Made by a program: the position numbers and the translations under genes. This document shows positions 57,651 through 64,000 of a DNA stretch of 64,000 nt, piece by piece. Location of the stretch: positions 32,001 to 96,000 of the forward strand of contig JAOPTW010000008.1 of the NCBI GenBank assembly GCA_051532035.1, read 5' to 3'. A model generated the notes under the pieces. That model was not told the DNA's origin. It worked only from the letters and a program-made list of their open reading frames with translations, and made no database searches. The DNA comes from Fibrobacterales bacterium (GTDB lineage Bacteria; Fibrobacterota; Fibrobacteria; Fibrobacterales; JAOPTW01). How positions within the stretch are numbered: position 1 is the stretch's first letter; every line of letters begins with the position of its first letter.

Positions 57651-58994
57651 ATGCTACGCAGACTAACACTCTTTTCATTATGTATCACCCTAATTCTATT
57701 AGTACTTGGATGTCAATCTGAGGAAGAACGTACACGTATCGCAGAGAAAAAAGCCAAAGCAGAGCATGTCGCGATGCTTAGAGCAGACAGTATTCGAGTA
57801 CAAGATTCGATTATCGCCTACAAGGCTCAATTTGTACATGGTGCAGTGAAACCCAATCAAGGTATGTTCCAAGTTCTTGAAGACATGGGTATTTCAACAC
57901 AATCTGCCCTTGACCTTATCAACACCCTCCGCTTTGAAGTCGAGCTCACGAACCTAAAAGTAGGTGAAAAGTTACGGGCTCGATTTGACACCAGTGATTC
58001 GACTCGTATTGCAGAGCTTCAATATGAACCTAACATGGTTACAATCCATTGCCTCATCTACGACAAAGAGATTGAGAAATATACGTATAAACTCAAAGAG
58101 CTCCCTACTGAAATAAGACACACTCTTTATGAAAGTGAGCTTAAAGAGGGATCAACCCTCGACCAGACCTTAAGAGAAATTGGACTTCCCTCAACAATGG
58201 TTGGCGTTGTCAATGGAGTGCTCAAATGTAAAATAAATTTTAGAATGTACGCCCGCCATGGGGACACGTTTAAAATCCTGATGAAGGAACGCTACTACAA
58301 AGAGATTCTCATTAGTTCCAAAGTACTCTACACTACCTACAGCGGACAAAGAACGGGGTCTTATGAGGCATTCAGGTTTCAAGACGCCGACCCTCGATCA
58401 ACCTACAACGCCCACTACACCGCTGAAGGCGAGGCACTCATCCACTCTGGCCTTCGCTACCCTGTGCGTAGACTCCACATAACATCCTCTTGGGGCTGGC
58501 GTCGCCACCCTGTGACCGGTCGCAGAAAGATGCATAACGGTATTGATTATAAAGGAAGAATCGGGGACCCTGTCTATGCCGTTGCATCAGGTAAAGTTGT
58601 CGCCTCTTCATACGATAAATATGGAGGCAATAAAATCGCCGTTAGGCACTCCGATAAGTCGACGTCATACTACCTTCACCTTACGAAACGCCTTGTTAAA
58701 AAAGGGCAGTATGTACGGACCCGTCAAAAAATTGGTACTGTAGGTAAGACAGGTCGTGTTACCGGCCCCCATCTTCATTTTGGATTTAAAAACCCAAGAG
58801 GTCGCTGGATGAATCCACTCAGGAAACGGATGATTGCAACGCCTAAGCTTAAAGGAGAACGCCTAGCTCTTCTTAAAGAACAAGTTTCCACAATACAAAC
58901 ACTTCTTGAAAAAACAGTCGAATTTACTCCGAGTGACTCAATCGAACTCGACCCACTCAGTGCTCAAATAGACACCCTTGCCCAAATCAATTAA
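57651..58994 (+). CDS. M23 family peptidoglycan DD-metalloendopeptidase (MepM/Csd-like)
   Basis: ITSSWGWRRHPVTG..HNGID, YLHL, TGRVTGPHLHF; N-terminal signal/lipobox VLGC. Confidence 0.92.
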   Translation: MLRRLTLFSLCITLILLVLGCQSEEERTRIAEKKAKAEHVAMLRADSIRVQDSIIAYKAQFVHGAVKPNQGMFQVLEDMGISTQSALDLINTLRFEVELTNLKVGEKLRARFDTSDSTRIAELQYEPNMVTIHCLIYDKEIEKYTYKLKELPTEIRHTLYESELKEGSTLDQTLREIGLPSTMVGVVNGVLKCKINFRMYARHGDTFKILMKERYYKEILISSKVLYTTYSGQRTGSYEAFRFQDADPRSTYNAHYTAEGEALIHSGLRYPVRRLHITSSWGWRRHPVTGRRKMHNGIDYKGRIGDPVYAVASGKVVASSYDKYGGNKIAVRHSDKSTSYYLHLTKRLVKKGQYVRTRQKIGTVGKTGRVTGPHLHFGFKNPRGRWMNPLRKRMIATPKLKGERLALLKEQVSTIQTLLEKTVEFTPSDSIELDPLSAQIDTLAQIN

Positions 58995-59225
58995 TGAGGG
59001 TTTATGCGTCAAATACAATAGATGCAATCGAGTAATCTATTACCAAAACAACAAGTAACTGTCTGTTGTTAAACAACTTATAGCATTCTAAAATTCCCCA
59101 ACAATTATAGAACCCTAAGATTATCTCTCCACACCTTACTAACTATTGCTCGCTTTTTACAATGACCGTATCATATAGATAAGATAGGTACTGCGCCCCT
59201 CGCAGATAAAAGGCAGGTAATTATC

Positions 59226-60608
59226 ATGAAACACTGGATACGACTAAAACAGAAAAGAGCATTCTTCATGTTCTTCAGTAGCTTGGTTATGGTTATGGCA
59301 ATCATTATTAGTTATAGCATTTACCATAAAACTGCCCAAACAATAGAAGAGATATCCCAAACAAAACAAGCAATCACCCAGGTATCACTGACACAGGTCC
59401 AGCTTCAAGGATTAAATGTTCGTGACCTCGACTCCCCCCCCAATACGTATTACTTAGAAAATATTGATGCCTCAACGCTTCCGCAAATTGATGGGGCCCA
59501 GCTGACCAACCAAATAGTAACCACAAGTAAAGAGAAAGTTGGCATGGTACTCGACAATTTCTTTATCCTTCAGGAAACCTATCAAGATGCACTCGCCTCA
59601 GCACGGCAACTCTCAAATCACCTAGAAAGGCACTACACGCCGGTAAGTAATAGCGAGCTCACTACCATCTACCTCGACCTCCATGCTCAAGTAGCCACAC
59701 TCCCTAATGCCATACTACAAGAGTTAGAAATGCTCAAGGACGGTGATGAGATATCCGTTACCTCACTCAATGAGGCAATTATATTTACTAAAACAAGTTA
59801 TACTCAACTTGCAGGAGTCTGCCTCCCCAAAAATGAAACACTTTTTGTCAAAAAGCTAACCAACCTCGTGGATCACATGCAGATGATGCTCCGAGATGGT
59901 GAAACCTATTTTAGCTCCCATACTATTGCATTGAGTACTCTTACACTCCTCAATAAGAATATGGTTCAAGCTGACAATAGCAACCAAGCCTCACATAAGG
60001 AGTCGGCTATCATTCTCATGCTCATTATGGCAGGTCTCTTTGTAACCATGGGTGCTACACTCTTTAGCATAATGCGATCACGCAATTTTATGCTTATGAA
60101 CGCGACCTCAAAAGATGACCTAGAATCTGAAAACCTCGTAACAATTAAAAGTGCTGTAGAGCACCTTATTGAATCGGTCAATCAAACGTGGATGGATTCT
60201 AAAGGAGAAATCCGTATTGTAGAAGACATGACAAATGAGAGTAGGACCATCGACGAGATCATGACTAACATAGAAGCTGAGCTTGTCAATGTCCACAACG
60301 ATTCAAAAGAGATTCACTCACTGCGCAAACAGATAGAAGGGCTCTATCAGTCAACTGACCTTATTGAAAAAAAGGAAATCCTCCCCTTAGTAAAACATGT
60401 ATGTGATCTCGAAATTAGTCTCTATCAACATGAAGACGACCTTCACTCAGATGTCGAAGCTATGAGTAACACCACCTTCTCAATTCGAAATGATCTCATT
60501 ACCCTCAGGTCTATGATGGACAAACTGATACAAGATACTGAACAACTTAAATCTGAATCTAATAGCCTTGAAGAAAATGGGGCAATCATGGACACGTGGG
60601 ATAATTAA
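59226..60608 (+). CDS. Membrane protein with chemoreceptor-like topology (TM-periplasmic-TM-coiled coil)
   Basis: Two hydrophobic segments and a long heptad-rich acidic C-terminus; canonical MCP hairpin-tip motif not seen. Confidence 0.5.
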   Translation: MKHWIRLKQKRAFFMFFSSLVMVMAIIISYSIYHKTAQTIEEISQTKQAITQVSLTQVQLQGLNVRDLDSPPNTYYLENIDASTLPQIDGAQLTNQIVTTSKEKVGMVLDNFFILQETYQDALASARQLSNHLERHYTPVSNSELTTIYLDLHAQVATLPNAILQELEMLKDGDEISVTSLNEAIIFTKTSYTQLAGVCLPKNETLFVKKLTNLVDHMQMMLRDGETYFSSHTIALSTLTLLNKNMVQADNSNQASHKESAIILMLIMAGLFVTMGATLFSIMRSRNFMLMNATSKDDLESENLVTIKSAVEHLIESVNQTWMDSKGEIRIVEDMTNESRTIDEIMTNIEAELVNVHNDSKEIHSLRKQIEGLYQSTDLIEKKEILPLVKHVCDLEISLYQHEDDLHSDVEAMSNTTFSIRNDLITLRSMMDKLIQDTEQLKSESNSLEENGAIMDTWDN

Positions 60609-60613
60609 CCCCA

Positions 60614-60650
60614 AAATGTGTGCTCAATAGACACAATTGAGCACACATTT
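60614..60650. repeat. 15-bp inverted repeat, likely terminator or mRNA-stabilising hairpin
   Basis: AAATGTGTGCTCAAT-N7-ATTGAGCACACATTT immediately after the stop at 60608. Confidence 0.7.
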
Positions 60651-60696
60651 AGTGTTTACTTTTTAATCACATTAAAATCTTACTATCTTCTAAACT

Positions 60697-61347
60697 ATGA
60701 GACGATATTTTATTGGCGATATACATGGATGTGCCGAAGAGCTTGCAGAGCTTATTGAGACACTTGACTACACCCCTGGGGTAGATCAGCTCTACTCTGT
60801 TGGTGATGTCATCAATAAAGGCCCCGACTCATTGGGGGTGCTCGACCTCATCAAACACCATAACATTAAATGCGTCCTTGGTAATCACGATAATCTTTTT
60901 CTCGAAACCTACCGAACTCCTGAGGATGACCGAACTCAGAAACAGCATCTCTTTATGAAACAATTTCGTGGTCGAGCCGAAGAGTGCTACCACCAAATTA
61001 ATTCATGGCCACTTCTTAGAGATTTAGGCGACATCATAGTGGTGCATGCTGGTCTTGAACCCGGAAGAACAAATATCAGTGAGACCCCAAAAGAGATACT
61101 CACAACCATTCGTACATGGGATGGTACCGGAGCAGACCTCAATAACCGCCATGACCCCAAATGGTACGATGTAGCAATCTGGGACAAACTCATCATTTTT
61201 GGACACTGGGCCAAAAATGGATTGGTTCACTCAGAGCACTTTATTGGGCTCGACACAGGATGTGTCTACGGTGGAGCATTAACTGCGTATTGCCCCGAAG
61301 AAACACTCTTTTTTACTGCACCATCCAAACAACCCAAGCGTTTTTAA
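60697..61347 (+). CDS. Metallophosphoesterase (ApaH/PrpE-like)
   Basis: IGDIHGC, VGDVINKGPDS, LGNHD, VHAG, FGHW, LDTGCVYGG. Confidence 0.92.
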   Translation: MRRYFIGDIHGCAEELAELIETLDYTPGVDQLYSVGDVINKGPDSLGVLDLIKHHNIKCVLGNHDNLFLETYRTPEDDRTQKQHLFMKQFRGRAEECYHQINSWPLLRDLGDIIVVHAGLEPGRTNISETPKEILTTIRTWDGTGADLNNRHDPKWYDVAIWDKLIIFGHWAKNGLVHSEHFIGLDTGCVYGGALTAYCPEETLFFTAPSKQPKRF

Positions 61348-61486
61348 GCCCCAAGTACAAGGTAGTAGTCATTTACTTCACTTTAGGTAAATTCACTCAT
61401 CACAATGAGACTCTCTTGATCCTCAGAACGGGAGGAGTAAAATTTTTCTATATTTTACCTACCTGAATAGGAGGCGAAGTAGCGTT

Positions 61487-62491
61487 ATGGAAATCACAAA
61501 AAATAGTATTACCCTCATTAAACCTGATGATTTACATCTGCATATTCGTCAAGGTGAACCTCTCATCAATTACGTCAATGAGACCGCACGTCAATTTAAA
61601 CGCGCAGTAATCATGCCCAATACACTCCCTCCTATTATTACGCCAGAAGGACTGGAAGAGTACCGAGCATTTATTCTTGAGCACACTGATGGTTTTGAAC
61701 CACTCATGACCTTCAAATTAATCCCAGGAATGGAAATTTCTGCAATAGCAGCATTTAAAGAGTGTAACGTTATTGCTGGTAAATACTATCCAGCTGGCGC
61801 AACAACCAATGCAGAAGATGGTGCCACCAACATTACACAACTCTACCCGCTCTTTAAAGAGATGGAACGCCTCGATATGGTGCTTTCTATTCATGGAGAA
61901 GACCCCCATGCACTCTGTATCGACCGTGAAGAGGCATTTTTACCAAGCCTTCAGAATCTTGTCGATACCTTCCCTAAGCTTAGAATTGTCCTTGAGCACG
62001 TCTCATCTGCCGCCGCGATTAAAAAAGTACAAGAACTTCCCGATACCGTTGTAGCCACCATAACCGTACACCACCTTTTTATAACTCTTGATGATGTCAT
62101 CAAAAACCCACATAACCTTTGTATGCCTATTGCCAAACGCGCGAGCGATCGTGACGCCATTGCAGCAGCAGCACTTTCGGGTGACAAGAATTTCTTTTTT
62201 GGCTCTGACAGTGCACCACACCCAAAAACATCTAAAGAGTGTGCATCAATAAGTGCTGGCGTCTATACCGCACCTGCCGCACTTCCGCTGTTAGTTGAAT
62301 TTTTTGATCAAAACGATGCTCTCGATCTTCTCGAAAACTTCTGTTCGGTTTTTGGAGCTCAGTACTATGGCATCCCACAAAACAGTGAAACCATTACCCT
62401 CAAAAAAATATTACACAAGATACCCGAAATCTGTTATGGTGTTGTTCCTTTTAAGGCCGGAGAGACGGTTCGCTGGAAAATTGATGATTAA
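61487..62491 (+). CDS. pyrC: Dihydroorotase (homodimeric, E. coli-type)
   Basis: DDLHLHIR, VIMPN, KYYPAGATTN, IHGE, LEHVS, FGSDSAPH. Confidence 0.93.
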   Translation: MEITKNSITLIKPDDLHLHIRQGEPLINYVNETARQFKRAVIMPNTLPPIITPEGLEEYRAFILEHTDGFEPLMTFKLIPGMEISAIAAFKECNVIAGKYYPAGATTNAEDGATNITQLYPLFKEMERLDMVLSIHGEDPHALCIDREEAFLPSLQNLVDTFPKLRIVLEHVSSAAAIKKVQELPDTVVATITVHHLFITLDDVIKNPHNLCMPIAKRASDRDAIAAAALSGDKNFFFGSDSAPHPKTSKECASISAGVYTAPAALPLLVEFFDQNDALDLLENFCSVFGAQYYGIPQNSETITLKKILHKIPEICYGVVPFKAGETVRWKIDD

Positions 62492-63212
62492 TTCTATTAA
62501 AAATATATTAGCGTATACCCGAGGAGTTCTCTTTTTTGGGTCTATTATACTGTGGTATATAATTATTATCACTCCATGGACTATACTCTGTTTTCTTACC
62601 AACCAAAAGAGAATTTACCCCCATATTCAAGTACCCTTTTTCAAAGCCTTTTTCTTTATGTTTGGTATAAAACTAAAAGTGACCGGCAGTGAGCATATCA
62701 TGAAGGGTAAAAAATTTATTGTCCTCAGTAATCATCAATCGTTTATTGATATACCACTTATTGTTTCGCTCTCTGGCCACGTCGCCTTTTTAGCGAAAGA
62801 AGAACTCTTCAATGTCCCTATTTTTGGCTGGGCCATCAAGTCATCAGGGTCACTCCCTGTCTCACGTTCAAACCCACGTAAAAACAAAGGGCTTGCACAG
62901 AGAATGAAAAAGAATATTGATGATGGACACAATTTTTGTGCATTTCCTGAAGGCACTCGCTCTATCGATACGACAGTAGCTCCATTTAAAGTGGGAATCT
63001 TTAAATACATTAAAGACATTCAGCACCCCATTGTCCCCATCTCTATTTGCAATGCCAATAGTGTGCTACACAAAAGCTCAATCAAGTTTTTCCCTGGTGA
63101 AGTTGAAGTAATTATACATCCATCTATCAGTATTGAAACCATCCAAACAACGGATATTCCTGATCTGAAAGATATGGTTCGTGATATAATTGAATCAGGT
63201 GTAAATAAATAA
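62484..63212 (+). CDS. plsC: 1-acyl-sn-glycerol-3-phosphate acyltransferase
   Basis: SNHQSFID, FLAKEEL, FPEGTRS, PFKVG, PIVPISI; ATG at 62484 overlaps the end of pyrC. Confidence 0.9.
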   Translation: MINSIKNILAYTRGVLFFGSIILWYIIIITPWTILCFLTNQKRIYPHIQVPFFKAFFFMFGIKLKVTGSEHIMKGKKFIVLSNHQSFIDIPLIVSLSGHVAFLAKEELFNVPIFGWAIKSSGSLPVSRSNPRKNKGLAQRMKKNIDDGHNFCAFPEGTRSIDTTVAPFKVGIFKYIKDIQHPIVPISICNANSVLHKSSIKFFPGEVEVIIHPSISIETIQTTDIPDLKDMVRDIIESGVNK

Positions 63213-63272
63213 AAACACAACACTCATTTAAGGAGCAAAGCTCCTTGGTATTTTATTTTTAAAGAGTACCGT

Positions 63273-64000
63273 CTAAAGCTCTACGCCTAATACTTTTAGT
63301 TCAGAAATTGCAACAGGAGTGCTTTGTCCTGTCGTATAAATCTCACGGATATGAAGTTCCATAGAGTGAGCTTCAAAGGGCTGAATATTAAAATACTGAA
63401 CCCCTTTGATGTTTTTCAGAACAATTCTTCGCGTTTGATTATTATCAGTTTTGAGCACTACTACTTTAGGTTTAGAAAAGAACTCAAACCGATCCTGATA
63501 CGAATCATCCCGTGAAAGCTGATAGCCAACAGCAATCCCAACAGTATAGACAAGGGTGTTTTCAGAGAAGATTATTTGAAGTGGGTTCATGTGTTCACTA
63601 AACACACCATTTGACGCCCATGCTGATCCAATTTTTTTATCAAGCAAATGATCAGGAGAGAGAGGACCATCTGTAAAAGTCTGCATATACTCTGCTGAAA
63701 CTGATGCAGGTGTAATAATTCCAAGTCCATCAACCTTCGCAAAAAGAAGGTAGGCTATAATCCCCAAAATAAGAGTAAGAAGAACAGCAAATCCCTTAAG
63801 TGTTTGCGTCCCTGTAATGGCCCTGATACTATCAGTTATCCTCTTCTGCTCACCAGTTTCTATATCATAATTTTCGCGATGCTTTTTGTACTTACCTTTA
63901 ATGGTCTCTTTTGCTTGAGTAACAGCACCAAATTCAACGGTATCGAGGTCATCAAGTACCTCAACCATATTTTTATAACGGTCTAGTTTACTTTTTGCCA
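63273..64000 (-). CDS. Single-TM protein with C-terminal discoidin-like (NADase-type glycan-binding) domain; start lies just outside the window
   Basis: Frame open to the edge (..TG GCA AAA AGT, probably ATG at 64001); HLLDKK..SAWAS, VGYQ..FSKPK, LKNIKGVQYF, VAISELKV. Confidence 0.6.
   Translation of the reverse strand, partial: AKSKLDRYKNMVEVLDDLDTVEFGAVTQAKETIKGKYKKHRENYDIETGEQKRITDSIRAITGTQTLKGFAVLLTLILGIIAYLLFAKVDGLGIITPASVSAEYMQTFTDGPLSPDHLLDKKIGSAWASNGVFSEHMNPLQIIFSENTLVYTVGIAVGYQLSRDDSYQDRFEFFSKPKVVVLKTDNNQTRRIVLKNIKGVQYFNIQPFEAHSMELHIREIYTTGQSTPVAISELKVLGVEL

Noticed and set aside
59180..59209. Sigma-28 promoter before the MCP-like gene (GCAGATAA)
   Set aside because: No TAAA at the required 15-bp spacing, and it is very close to the start codon.
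61348..61486. PyrR attenuator upstream of pyrC
   Set aside because: Only small hairpins; no PyrR-binding loop consensus or terminator/antiterminator pair was seen.
62295..62483. Long plsC N-terminus overlapping pyrC
   Set aside because: The true start is likely ATG 62484; the extension is just an open frame inside pyrC.

Overview
A gene-dense, AT-rich bacterial chromosomal window, most likely from a flagellated, anaerobic or facultative member of Fibrobacterota. The evidence is two TIGR02147/DUF4423 genes, a FISUMP/Fib_succ_major domain and many Ser-rich lipoproteins. Left part (0-12 kb): a TIGR02147 + lipoprotein pair, then rex and the [FeFe]-hydrogenase maturation operon hydG-hydE-aspA-hydF, followed by pdxA, queG, an ABC substrate-binding protein and a GGQ release-factor-like gene. 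Middle part (12-40 kb): a cell-surface/beta-glucan island. It holds a clan GH-A (GH158/GH2-like) lipoprotein, three GH16 lipoproteins, FISUMP and FGE-sulfatase lipoproteins, and two large repeat-stalk adhesins that share one C-terminal head. Most notably, it has a tandemly duplicated three-gene cassette: GH16 <- | -> putative glycan-binding lipoprotein + uncharacterised TPR/outer-membrane beta-barrel protein. Right part (40-64 kb): mostly housekeeping (rubrerythrin-like, folE, argA, NtrC-type two-component pair, second TIGR02147 + lipoprotein pair, flgM, lysC, fur, rluA-like, rpsD, trmK, ridA, truC, M23 peptidase, pyrC, plsC). I recognised no rRNA, tRNA, CRISPR array, transposase, integrase or reverse transcriptase. 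All family calls come from motif recognition by eye, not database searches.
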